From Thermoproteota archaeon (lineage in GTDB: Archaea > Korarchaeota > Korarchaeia > Korarchaeales > JAOZGB01): DNA of 64,000 nt. Every line of letters starts with the position of its first letter. Position 1 is the stretch's first letter. Positions 1 to 9,296 of this stretch are shown piece after piece. Position numbers and translations under genes: made by a program. The notes beneath the pieces are model-generated. The model was not told the DNA's origin. It ran no database searches and saw only the letters and a list, made by a program, of their open reading frames with translations. Location of the stretch: the NCBI GenBank assembly GCA_037917685.1, contig JAVCBU010000011.1, positions 64,001 to 128,000 of the forward strand. The letters run 5' to 3'.

Positions 1-2
1 TA

Positions 3-794
3 ATACATATACCGCCACCATACTGTTACAGGTGCTTCTTCAAGCAGGAATACCCTGAGTGTGGCCTGTACTGTGCAGAATACCTTGAGAGGATTCTCAG
101 ATTTACAGGTGCAGGAGACATCGCAGGAATGATTGTTGAGCCTATAATGGGAGAGGGAGGAATAATCCCGCTACCAGACGGCTACCTCGAGAGGGTTTCA
201 GAGACGGTTAGAAACGCGGGTGGAGTCATAATTATAGATGAAATTCAGACGGGCTTCGGCCGAACAGGGAGGCTATTCGGCTTCGAATGGTCAAACATAA
301 TACCTGACATCTTAACACTTGCAAAGGGGATAGCAAGCGGGCTCCCAATATCCGCTGTAGTGACAACCATGGATATAGGAGAGCTGCTTAGCCCCGTAGA
401 TCATACGTCGACGTACGGCGGAAACCCTGTAGCTTCTGCGGCAGCCCTTGAAAATATTAAGGTTATACTTGAGCTTAGACTATGGGAGAACGCTGCTAAG
501 ATCGGGGAAATGTTTCTTAAGAGCCTTCAGGAACAGATGGATAAGTACAGGTTCATAGGCGATGTCAGGGGGAGAGGCTTAATGATAGGGGTGGAGATAG
601 TTGACATGGGAAGGCCAAGTCCCTTAAAGGCTGAGAAAATAAGGGAAGAAGCTGAAAAGAGAGGCTTACTGGTGAACGTTGGAGGCATGTATGGAAATGT
701 ACTTAGAATTCAACCTCCATTGTCAATAACATCTGATCAGGCGGCAAGGGCGCTTACCATACTTGACCAGGTATTCAAGACAGTTGAAGATTGA
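3..794 (+). CDS. Class III PLP-dependent aminotransferase (4-aminobutyrate/acetylornithine aminotransferase family), 5'-truncated by the window edge
   Basis: Frame open from position 3 (IHIPPPYCYRC...); motifs EPIMGEGG, DEIQTGFGRTG, LAKGIASG (PLP Lys), STYGGNP. Confidence 0.9.
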   Translation: MHIPPPYCYRCFFKQEYPECGLYCAEYLERILRFTGAGDIAGMIVEPIMGEGGIIPLPDGYLERVSETVRNAGGVIIIDEIQTGFGRTGRLFGFEWSNIIPDILTLAKGIASGLPISAVVTTMDIGELLSPVDHTSTYGGNPVASAAALENIKVILELRLWENAAKIGEMFLKSLQEQMDKYRFIGDVRGRGLMIGVEIVDMGRPSPLKAEKIREEAEKRGLLVNVGGMYGNVLRIQPPLSITSDQAARALTILDQVFKTVED

Positions 795-963
795 AGGATT
801 CAAAATAAGTTAGACATGTACGCTTAAGAAGGGATTCTAGACTTGAGTCGGTCCCTTATATGTGAACTCTGCATTGTCTTCTACTAAATTGTTACTCCGA
901 TTTGAGCTGGAGTCTATGTGAATTATGATAAATATGTTAGTGGTTGCTCCTGGTAAATTGGCT

Positions 964-1086
964 GTGAGTACGAAGGATATTCTGGAGAAAAGGCTAAAAG
1001 AGCTTCAGAGAATGGTTCCAGAGATAGAGGGTGCAGCTGTTGTCAGCAGCGACGGCCTTACCAACCCTACCAATCATAAATGTTAG
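964..1086 (+). pseudogene. Truncated Roadblock/LC7 (MglB-like) domain fragment
   Basis: Manual translation MSTKDILEKRLKELQRMVPEIEGAAVVSSDGL-TNPTNHKC*; the L..L..PEIEGAAVVSSDGL pattern fits a Roadblock N-terminus, then the ORF stops at 40 aa. Confidence 0.65.
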
Positions 1087-1137
1087 CGTTTTTAACTACT
1101 CCCGATTAAGGTTTAAGTGTTTGTAAGGTGGAGGTGT

Positions 1138-3423
1138 GTGCATCGGTCGGGCAAGTTTGAGGTTATAGGTAGATCAATGGTAAGACTCGACGCTTGGGAT
1201 AAGCTTAGTGGCAGAATAAAGTTCACCGGTGACTTAAAGGTTCATGGGATGCTTTATGGCAGGGTGGTTAGAAGTAAGATCCCGCATGGCATCCTCAGCG
1301 GAGTCTCAGACTCTGATGCTTTGAGTGTGCCAGGTGTTATGGCGGTTTACACAGCTGAAGATATTCCAGGTGAAAATCAGGTTGGTTACGCTGTTGAAGA
1401 TCAGCCTCTTCTGGCGTATGAGAGGGTTAGGTTCATAGGGGATCCCGTGGCGATAGTGGTGGCTGAGAGTAGGCGTTCGGCGTGGCAGGCATGCCAGCTT
1501 GTAGAAGTTAATGTGGACCCCCTACCAGCTGTCTTCACGGTTGAGGAAGCCCTTAAACCGGATGCTCCAAGGATTCACCCTCATGGGAACATAGCGGAGA
1601 CGTCTAGAATTAGGAAGGGGGATGTAGATGAAGCTTTTAAGCGTGCCTACGTCACTGTGGAAAACGTGTACAGGCTAGGGCATCAAGAGCACGTCTACCT
1701 TGAGACTGAAGCTGCGCTTGCTATACCAGAGTCTGGGAGGATAACTGTTATAGGTAGTATGCAGTCTCCCTTCCTGGTTAGAAGGATTATTTCGAGGGTT
1801 CTGGGCCTGGAGGAGTCCAGGATTAGAGTTATACAGGCGCCTACCGGCGGCGCTTTCGGTGGTAAGGATGATATGGGACCGCTGGTCTGTGGAAAAGCTG
1901 CCGTTGCAGCTTATAACATCGGACGGCCTGTCCTCCTATTGTATGACCGTGAGGAAAGCATTGTTTCAAGCAATAAGAGACATCCAGCCATTATAAGGTA
2001 CGCTTCAGCCGTTGATAAAAACGGAAAACTTCTCGGTGTAAAGGTTGATATAACAATGGACGTTGGGGCATATGCGAACCGTGGCCCATACGTGCTTTGG
2101 AGGGCGACCTTCCACTCTGCAGGGCCGTACTATGTCCCAAACGTCTGGGTTGACGGGAGAGCTGTCTACACCAACAAGGTCTTCTCAGGGTCATTTAGGG
2201 GATTTGGCGACCCACAGATACATTTTGCAGCTGAGTCCCAGATGGACATTCTAGCGCAGAAGCTTGGAATGGACCCCTTGGAGTTTAGGCTTAAAAATGC
2301 CCTGAGGCAAGGCCAGGATACTACATGCGGCCAGGTGCTAGACCACTCTGTAGGAATAGTTGAAGCCCTCACCAGGATAAAGGAGGCATCTGGCTGGGAC
2401 AAGCTTAGAAAACTCTATGGAGAAAACAGGGGGAGATACAGGCGTGGCGTAGGGGTTGCCTGTGCATATCATGGGATAAGTACGAGTAAGGGTGTCCCCG
2501 ACTACAGTGCTGCCTCGGTCGTCGTGAACAGGGATGGTACAGTGCTCTATAGGAGTGGTATTTGCATGCTTGGACAAGGCTCGCTGACAGGCCATGCTAA
2601 GATAGTTGCAGAGATCCTGGGAATACCTCTGGACTGGATTCGGATAAGTGAAAGGGATACTGACTCCGTTCCGGATTCAAGGCCGACACATGGGTCTAGA
2701 GGGCTTATGGCTGGCGGTACAGCCGCTGCTGATGCGGCTTGGAAGGTGAGAAGGAAGCTTGAGAAGGTTGCTAGGAGAATCTTAGAAGTCGAAGGGGCTG
2801 TCATATTTAGAAATGGAATCGTATATGCCAAGGATTCTCCTGAAAGCCGGGTCTCCTTCAGAGAGGCTGTAGAGGAGGCTTATAGGTTGGGGATAATTCC
2901 AGCTGCCTACGGGTTCTACCATCTGCCAGAAAGATACTTCGACCCGGAAACAGGCCTTGGAAAGGCGTATGCATGCTACACTTTCATTGTCAATGTTGTC
3001 GAGCTCCAGGTAGACACCCTGACAGGTGAGGTAAAAGTGTTAAGGGTTTGGTCTGCTGCTGATGTTGGCAGAGCGATAGATCCTCTGCTGATTAGGGGGC
3101 AGATCGAGGGAGCAATTGTTCAGGGGATAGGCTACGCACTTATTGAGAAGCTTGTGCTAAGGGAGGGTCAGATACTTAATCCCAACCTGACCGACTACAC
3201 GATCCCAGTTGCATCGGACACTCCAGAGATAATAGAGCCTATAATTGTGGAGGATGAGTATAGGAACTCGGTGTTCGGAGCTAAAGGCGTTGCTGAGGCA
3301 GCTCTCATACCCACCCCTCCAGCAATAGCAAATGCCATATACCACGCAATCGGTATAAGGCTGAAAGAGGTTCCCATGACCCGGGAAAAGATATTAGAGT
3401 ATTTGGAGGGCGGGGAGGGTTGA
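1138..3423 (+). CDS. Xanthine dehydrogenase family molybdopterin-binding large subunit (start uncertain, 1117 or 1138)
   Basis: GGAFGGK, GAYA, SFRGFG, GQG, GQIEG...QGIG and KGVAE (catalytic Glu) motifs; followed by M and S subunits. Confidence 0.92.
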   Translation: MHRSGKFEVIGRSMVRLDAWDKLSGRIKFTGDLKVHGMLYGRVVRSKIPHGILSGVSDSDALSVPGVMAVYTAEDIPGENQVGYAVEDQPLLAYERVRFIGDPVAIVVAESRRSAWQACQLVEVNVDPLPAVFTVEEALKPDAPRIHPHGNIAETSRIRKGDVDEAFKRAYVTVENVYRLGHQEHVYLETEAALAIPESGRITVIGSMQSPFLVRRIISRVLGLEESRIRVIQAPTGGAFGGKDDMGPLVCGKAAVAAYNIGRPVLLLYDREESIVSSNKRHPAIIRYASAVDKNGKLLGVKVDITMDVGAYANRGPYVLWRATFHSAGPYYVPNVWVDGRAVYTNKVFSGSFRGFGDPQIHFAAESQMDILAQKLGMDPLEFRLKNALRQGQDTTCGQVLDHSVGIVEALTRIKEASGWDKLRKLYGENRGRYRRGVGVACAYHGISTSKGVPDYSAASVVVNRDGTVLYRSGICMLGQGSLTGHAKIVAEILGIPLDWIRISERDTDSVPDSRPTHGSRGLMAGGTAAADAAWKVRRKLEKVARRILEVEGAVIFRNGIVYAKDSPESRVSFREAVEEAYRLGIIPAAYGFYHLPERYFDPETGLGKAYACYTFIVNVVELQVDTLTGEVKVLRVWSAADVGRAIDPLLIRGQIEGAIVQGIGYALIEKLVLREGQILNPNLTDYTIPVASDTPEIIEPIIVEDEYRNSVFGAKGVAEAALIPTPPAIANAIYHAIGIRLKEVPMTREKILEYLEGGEG

Positions 3424-4286
3424 AGGTAATACCTTCATTCGAGTATTACAGGGTGGAAAGCCTTGAGGAAGCGCTTAAGCTACTCTCCAAAGTTGAAGAA
3501 CCAACAATCATCGCTGGAGGAACAGACCTCATCCCTGCCATGCGCGACGGGCTAGAGCCAATGAGCATTGTTGACATAAGTAGGATAGAAGAGTTAGAGT
3601 ATATTAGGAGAGAGAATGGATACGTTAAAATAGGCTGTTTAACCACTATCAGCACGCTCGAAAGCTCAGACATAATCCAGTCATACGCTTATTCTCTCGC
3701 TGAGGCTTCACGGCTTATGGCATCAATCCATGTTAGGAATAAGGCAACCATTGGAGGCAACCTTTGCAATGCATCACCAGCCGCTGACACAGCTCCACCC
3801 CTCCTAACATACGATGCTGAAGTAGTCTTGGCATCAGCCTCAGGATCCCGTGTAGTCAAGCTTAACCAGTTCTTTAAGGGGCCGAAGAAGACCTGTCTCA
3901 GAAAGAACGAGCTTCTAGTTGAGGTAAGATTTAAACCAGCAGGCAGGTCTGCTTCCTGCTTCATGAAGCTTGGTAGGAGGACGAGCTTCACAATGTCAAT
4001 AGTGTCTGCAGCGGTCAAGGTGGAGGTTGACGGTGGCAGGCTTAGAAATGTCAGAATAGCCCTTGGATCCGTGGCTCCCATGCCTGTTAGAGCTTTAAGG
4101 TCGGAGAAATTCCTCGAGGGGAAGAAGCCAACCCAAGAAAACATCTCAATGGCAGCGAAGCTTGTACTCAAGGATATAAGCCCAATAACAGACGTACGGT
4201 CGACTGCAGAGTATAGAAAAAAAGTCTCACAAGTCCTGGTTATGGATGCCCTTAAGAAAGCGCTTGAAAGGGTGAAGGAAGCATGA
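3420..4286 (+). CDS. Xanthine dehydrogenase family FAD-binding medium subunit
   Basis: AGGTDL, ATIGGNLCNASPAAD, DVRSTAEYR motifs; 4-bp overlap with large subunit. Confidence 0.93.
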   Translation: MKVIPSFEYYRVESLEEALKLLSKVEEPTIIAGGTDLIPAMRDGLEPMSIVDISRIEELEYIRRENGYVKIGCLTTISTLESSDIIQSYAYSLAEASRLMASIHVRNKATIGGNLCNASPAADTAPPLLTYDAEVVLASASGSRVVKLNQFFKGPKKTCLRKNELLVEVRFKPAGRSASCFMKLGRRTSFTMSIVSAAVKVEVDGGRLRNVRIALGSVAPMPVRALRSEKFLEGKKPTQENISMAAKLVLKDISPITDVRSTAEYRKKVSQVLVMDALKKALERVKEA

Positions 4287-4750
4287 AGATCAGGTTAAAG
4301 GTTAACGGCAAATGGGTAAAGCTTCAAGCTCACGAGTATGAAACTCTCCTAGAGATCCTGAGAGACAGGCTTGAAATCACAAGTGTGAAGGAGGGCTGCC
4401 TGAAAGGAGAATGCGGCGTCTGCACAGTACTTCTGGATGGGAGGCCTGTAAACTCCTGCCTAGTGCTGGCACCACAGGCGGATGATAGAGAGGTGACAAC
4501 GCTTGAAGGCCTACTACAAGATGAAACCATGAAAAACATCCAGGAAGCATTCGCAAGGAACGGGGCAGTCCAATGCGGCTACTGCACCCCTGCCATGCTC
4601 CTAGTCGCCTGGTACCTTGTAAAGTCAGGGATAAACTCGACGGAGGAGGTTAAACGGTGCATTTCAGGGGTGTTGTGCAGGTGCACAGGGTATGTAAGCA
4701 TCGTAAAGAGTATAGCCCAGGTCGCTGCAAAGATGAAAAGCAGCCTCTAA
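4283..4750 (+). CDS. Xanthine dehydrogenase family (2Fe-2S) small subunit
   Basis: GCxxGECGxC, QCGYC, CRCTGY. Confidence 0.95.
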   Translation: MKIRLKVNGKWVKLQAHEYETLLEILRDRLEITSVKEGCLKGECGVCTVLLDGRPVNSCLVLAPQADDREVTTLEGLLQDETMKNIQEAFARNGAVQCGYCTPAMLLVAWYLVKSGINSTEEVKRCISGVLCRCTGYVSIVKSIAQVAAKMKSSL

Positions 4751-4833
4751 TGGATTTTAGCAGCTGTCAAAGTATCGAACACATGATTGAATTCCGGTGA
4801 CAAGGTAAAAGCCAACGTTATAATGTGCATGTT

Positions 4834-5748
4834 TTATGGCCTGGGATGTTCTTTGAAGAATTCCCATATTATTTCTGTTGCAGAGATCTCCATGGTTGGC
4901 GGGTCACCGAAGGAGCCCTGGTAGGTTGAGCCTGGCCACGCATGGCCGCCTCCTATGATGGTGTAAAGAACTACTTCTGTGCCGTTTACCCCGCCTATGT
5001 AGCGTTCCACTCTTATACTCTTATACTGCTCCACTATTGGTGTTTCTTCACATTTGTTATGGTGAACCCAGAATTCTACGGCATATGAAACCGGCTTGTC
5101 AACCCTTTTCTCGAGGGCTTTCCTGCCGATTCCCCCGTTATAGGGCACATTTTCATCGGCTGTACCATGGAATATTATCACTGACACCGCATATCTAGGA
5201 TTACAGTCTTCCAGGTTCATCGCCCCTGAGACAACAGCTATCCCTGCAATCTTATGGGAAAGCCTGCATGCAAGGAGATAGGCAAGCATCCCACCGTTAG
5301 AAAAGCCTGCGACATAGACCCTCTTCGGGTCAATCCTATATTCTGATATAAGATGATCTATTAACTTCTCTATGAAGCCTACATCGTCTATGTTCATCCT
5401 CGCCGCATAGCCGCAGCAGCCGCCAGCGTTCCAGGTCAGCACACCCTTAAACCTACCAGTTCCCTCCGGGTAAGCCACGATAAAGCCTTCCCTATCTGCC
5501 AGAGTGTTCATCTCTGTCCTCCGCATAATGGAATACGCATTTCCACCGCCCCCATGCAGCACGATAACCAGGGGGACAGGGGAGTTCCCATCATAATTCT
5601 CTGGCACGTGCAAGATATACCTTCTCTTTAAACCATCGTGAATATACCCCTCATAGTTTAGAGAAGTGTCTAGCCTGTGTCTCTGTGAAAGATACAGGAC
5701 AGGAGGAATGGATAGCAATAGGAACCCTAATAAGATAAATGCCTTCAT
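4834..5748 (-). CDS. Secreted/anchored PHB-depolymerase (LpqC-like) alpha/beta hydrolase esterase
   Basis: N-terminal hydrophobic segment; LHGGGG, WNAGGCC, GFSNGG nucleophile elbow, HGTAD, GHAWPG. Confidence 0.85.
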   Translation of the reverse strand: MKAFILLGFLLLSIPPVLYLSQRHRLDTSLNYEGYIHDGLKRRYILHVPENYDGNSPVPLVIVLHGGGGNAYSIMRRTEMNTLADREGFIVAYPEGTGRFKGVLTWNAGGCCGYAARMNIDDVGFIEKLIDHLISEYRIDPKRVYVAGFSNGGMLAYLLACRLSHKIAGIAVVSGAMNLEDCNPRYAVSVIIFHGTADENVPYNGGIGRKALEKRVDKPVSYAVEFWVHHNKCEETPIVEQYKSIRVERYIGGVNGTEVVLYTIIGGGHAWPGSTYQGSFGDPPTMEISATEIIWEFFKEHPRP

Positions 5749-5760
5749 GCCCTACCTCCC

Positions 5761-5809
5761 CATAAACCCATTTTGGAATATAACATAAACCCATTTTAAA
5801 ATATAACAT
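5761..5809. repeat. 23-bp tandem duplication upstream of the esterase gene
   Basis: cataaacccattttggaatataa (5761-5783) then cataaacccattttaaaatataa (5784-5806) plus cat; 2 mismatches. Confidence 0.85.
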
Positions 5810-5838
5810 TTCTGCAGGCATCCTTCCTAAACTGAATG

Positions 5839-6453
5839 TTAAGGGCTAATACTGGAATAGGGCTTTCTTACAGATATGCTTAGCCCTCCCGGATCTATGG
5901 GTACTATTACGGTTTCCCATTCTTCTCCTGTTATGGCATCTATGAATTCTTTCAGTATTCCCCCATGGGATATCACATTATGAGCAGCTAGAATTGAGCC
6001 TTCCGGCATTTTTGGCTTGAGAAGTTTTAGGTAGTCTATGTACTCCTCTTTCTTACCATCCAAGAAGGCAAAGTCTACGTGGAACTTTAGCTGTGGAATT
6101 ATATTCAGAGCGTCTCCATGTATTATTTTCACAATTCTTCTAACCAATGATGCCATGCTTTCATCTGTCACCTTCATTAAAGTTTTCTCCGCCTCGGCAT
6201 ACCTTAAAGTGTTCTTCTCTATTGTGTATACTTCGCCGCGCCCGCCCAGCTCTAATATTCCAGTAACTATCCACATCGTTGAACACCCTATCCCGGTTCC
6301 TACTTCAACTGCTTTGATCTCGCCCCTCGCCTCTAACAGTAGTTTAACTATGAGTTTTATGAGCCTTCCACAGCTCTCCGAGATGGGATAGGCTCCAAGG
6401 TCGAGGGATCTGCGGCAGAGCTCTCTTATAGTACTGTAGACCTCTGGTTTCAT
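5839..6453 (-). CDS. Class I SAM-dependent O-methyltransferase (caffeoyl-CoA OMT/YrrM-like)
   Basis: EVGTGIGCS motif I, GDA, FLDGKKEEY, AHNV. Confidence 0.85.
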   Translation of the reverse strand: MKPEVYSTIRELCRRSLDLGAYPISESCGRLIKLIVKLLLEARGEIKAVEVGTGIGCSTMWIVTGILELGGRGEVYTIEKNTLRYAEAEKTLMKVTDESMASLVRRIVKIIHGDALNIIPQLKFHVDFAFLDGKKEEYIDYLKLLKPKMPEGSILAAHNVISHGGILKEFIDAITGEEWETVIVPIDPGGLSISVRKPYSSISP

Positions 6454-6617
6454 CGGTAAGACGGTGCTGGGAAGAGTTATAAAGCTTAGCAGTCAGGGGT
6501 CATGCATTGGCTGTTCATCATGCATACTTTAGGACACCGAGGTATAGAACTATTTCTCGATCCATGCTGGAGTAATGTCGCTGGGCCCCCGGTAGGATTA
6601 AGTTTCTTAGCTCTAAG

Positions 6618-6722
6618 GTGAAATTTATAACTATAGCAAAGCTGCTAGGCCTCATAACCAAGACAGACATTGTAAAAGTATACTCTGAAAGGGTTAAGGA
6701 GATAAGATGGTTCCCAGAGTAG
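6618..6722 (+). pseudogene. Possible CBS-domain remnant
   Basis: Short frame ...KLLGLITKTDIVKVY... resembles the CBS GIITxxDI motif; only 34 codons. Confidence 0.35.
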
Positions 6723-6889
6723 GCCTCTCAACGTAGATAAACCGGTGGAAAGGAGAAAATGAGTAGAATACCCCCGGCAACCCAGCCTAAGGCTTAGGGG
6801 ATTGGGGCACACCGCACACAGCTCCTCTCTATAGGTTTATCTAACACTTGCAGGTGCCTTCATGATTCAGCGCTTCAATATATTAGGAG

Positions 6890-7810
6890 CTACGGCTTTC
6901 GATCTAAGAGGACTGGTTTCACATGTTTATACATTTTATCTTCAAGCCTCCACTCATATTGGCTTTCCGATGTTCTATGGAGCTTGAATGTTCTCCTAAG
7001 TCTTCTAGCATGGCCTATTTGCATGATTAGATCCTCCATGCCTAGGCTTGAGTGTTCAACCGTTAAGGCATAGTAGATGTACCCCACATTCCAGGGATTT
7101 ATGCCCATAAGCCATGAGGTAGCTGCGTCAACTATGACGGGGTCCAAGCCTGCTATGGATAAATCCCAAACCAGTGGCGTGCCGTTGACGGGTCCATCCC
7201 CCTCCATAGCCTCATAGCCATCTATAACTGCAAGGTTAGCCCTTACAAACCTTGAAAGCCTGTAAAGACTAAGATTTATGGCTTTATAGCCCTGGTGAAG
7301 CTTGGACCTCCACATCTTCTTAACCAGGCCCATCGCAATGTTCTTCATGCTAAGGGTGACGAGAACTGTATCATGTGTTTTAGGCGGGGAAACTGAGACA
7401 ATATACCAGCCTTTAGGGTTGACAACTGGAACCCTGAAGGTTGAAAGGTTCCCGTCGAAGACTCTAACATTAATTTCAGGCCATCCTTCGAGGGGCTCTA
7501 GCTTAACATCATATTTCTCCCTGAGAGCTTCATAGCCGTAATTCCCGCATCCCTCCTTAAAGCTTCCCACGGCAGGTATCTCCCCGACAACGATTGCAAC
7601 GTTAGGCTTCAGCCTTCTAAGAAATCCAATGACAGCATCCAAACCTTCAACATGTGTTGCGGAAAGCCGCCTAAAAGCTGAAACCATGTTGGGCTTCACA
7701 AGAATCCTATTGTATCCTGATAGGCTACGCCTAATCTCACCCTCCAGCTCTCTCAGGCATTTAGTGATGTTTCCCCGGCGCCCTAGCCCGTGGGACACGG
7801 CGACCCTCAC
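6890..7810 (-). CDS. DUF362 domain protein
   Basis: ILVKPN, VGE, KTH...TLSMKN..MG, IDG..AMEGDGP.NG, DPV..D motifs. Confidence 0.88.
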   Translation of the reverse strand: MRVAVSHGLGRRGNITKCLRELEGEIRRSLSGYNRILVKPNMVSAFRRLSATHVEGLDAVIGFLRRLKPNVAIVVGEIPAVGSFKEGCGNYGYEALREKYDVKLEPLEGWPEINVRVFDGNLSTFRVPVVNPKGWYIVSVSPPKTHDTVLVTLSMKNIAMGLVKKMWRSKLHQGYKAINLSLYRLSRFVRANLAVIDGYEAMEGDGPVNGTPLVWDLSIAGLDPVIVDAATSWLMGINPWNVGYIYYALTVEHSSLGMEDLIMQIGHARRLRRTFKLHRTSESQYEWRLEDKMYKHVKPVLLDRKP

Positions 7811-7922
7811 TTAGCATCCACCGCTACACCATTACAGCTCTACATAGCTATACTCCCCCGGGCGAAGGCTTGAAGCCGTAGCGCCCATTGTTCAGGTTCA
7901 CGTTCAGGGTTCAGCGTGCCTA

Positions 7923-8546
7923 TCAGCCTCCTAGTGCTTTTAAGATCTCGTTTGCAAATTTTCTCGCCGCCTGAGGCCCTGATGCTGTAATTATGTTTCC
8001 ATCCACGACAACATCCTCGTCAACGAAAACCGCCCCCGCCTGTACAAGCTTCGACCTAGCAGTATGGAACGCTGTGACCCTCACACCATCAACAATATCA
8101 GCCTCGGCCAGGACTCCAGGGGCGAGGCAGATTGCTCCTATGATCTTACCCTTCTGGTAGGCCTCTCTGGCTATCCTTATGGCCTCAGTGTTCCCCCAGA
8201 GGTGTTTAGGAGTTCCAGGCCCTCCCACGAAAACTATGACGTCGTAAAGGTCAACGTTGACCATGTCAAGGGAAATGTTAACCATAACCTCATATCCCAG
8301 CGCCCCCATAGCCTTACCGGTCTGATCACTTGCAACATCCACCTTTAAGCCGGCTCCTGTGAAAACCTCCAGCGGAATCCTAAACTCCTCATCTCTAAAG
8401 TCCCTAAAGGAGATTATAAGTAAAACCCTCTTCCCCTCGACGCCTGTAACCTCCACCTCAGCTGGAGGCCTCCTTACACCGTACAATATCGCCACCGCCG
8501 CAACAACGGCAACGATGAAAACTAAAACAATAAATGTAGACCTCAT
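7923..8546 (-). CDS. DJ-1/PfpI family protein with N-terminal membrane anchor
   Basis: FRDEE, FVGGPG, AICLAP (nucleophile Cys), VVDGNIITASGP; hydrophobic first 23 aa. Confidence 0.88.
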   Translation of the reverse strand: MRSTFIVLVFIVAVVAAVAILYGVRRPPAEVEVTGVEGKRVLLIISFRDFRDEEFRIPLEVFTGAGLKVDVASDQTGKAMGALGYEVMVNISLDMVNVDLYDVIVFVGGPGTPKHLWGNTEAIRIAREAYQKGKIIGAICLAPGVLAEADIVDGVRVTAFHTARSKLVQAGAVFVDEDVVVDGNIITASGPQAARKFANEILKALGG

Positions 8547-8836
8547 ATACCCCCCATTCTAACGCCAAGCCAGTCCTAAAAATATTAACCCTCAATATTG
8601 TACAACACGACTTCAACTTCCATGACCACCACACATCCCCATTAATACTCACTGATAGCCTGTTCCCAGCAACGAGATAGGGATCCTTCAGGCTTCCAGC
8701 TGGCTTAACCATGTTAACCATCCTACTAAGCAGGAGCCCTACTGAGCAGTAAACAGTCTAATAAATTTTTAATAGGGCTGACATAAATACTGGCGTGGAT
8801 GCCAAGTCCTCTTTTAAAGAGTAGGGAGGGATTGAA

Positions 8837-9232
8837 ATGGAGGTTCAAGGAGCAGATTTAAGAGCATTAGGATATTGCGTAACATTTACCATAATAAATT
8901 ATACCCTGTCGCCAATATTTATCGTAACACCAAAATCAAGCCTAGGTGCAAGGCTGGCTATCGTAATACTTGCCTTCGCCGCGATGTATATGGTTGCAAG
9001 GATTTTCTATGGAAATCCATTCAAAAATAAGTATCAGTCACCCTATTTCGATAGCTTTATACATGTACTGGCTCTGATAGGTATTATCAGCATTTTCTCC
9101 CTCCCATTAATTATTCTTTTTGAGGGGGTAAATGTAGATATAAATGAAATCTATGTTAAAGCAAAACCTGCATTTGTGGATTCATGGGGGATGCCAAGGA
9201 GCCGCATGCTCAGACCGTCTACTATAGGATAA
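8837..9232 (+). CDS. Hypothetical membrane protein, 3' end possibly chimeric
   Basis: GGAGG RBS upstream; three hydrophobic segments; AT-rich. Confidence 0.5.
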   Translation: MEVQGADLRALGYCVTFTIINYTLSPIFIVTPKSSLGARLAIVILAFAAMYMVARIFYGNPFKNKYQSPYFDSFIHVLALIGIISIFSLPLIILFEGVNVDINEIYVKAKPAFVDSWGMPRSRMLRPSTIG

Positions 9233-9291
9233 CGGATCTCGGAAGGGAAATCCTTAAGATTGTAAGGGAGTTGGAGAAAACAATTGCCTAG
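9184..9291 (+). pseudogene. Winged-helix regulator C-terminal remnant
   Basis: Alternative frame reads ...VYYRITDLGREILKIVRELEKTIA*, the typical wing plus Y.IT..G helix of wHTH proteins. Confidence 0.5.
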
Positions 9292-9296
9292 ATGGC

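Noticed and set aside
1138-4750. Aerobic CO dehydrogenase (coxLMS) call for either cluster
   Set aside because: Active-site loops are FRGFG type, lacking AYxCSFR or AYxGAGR
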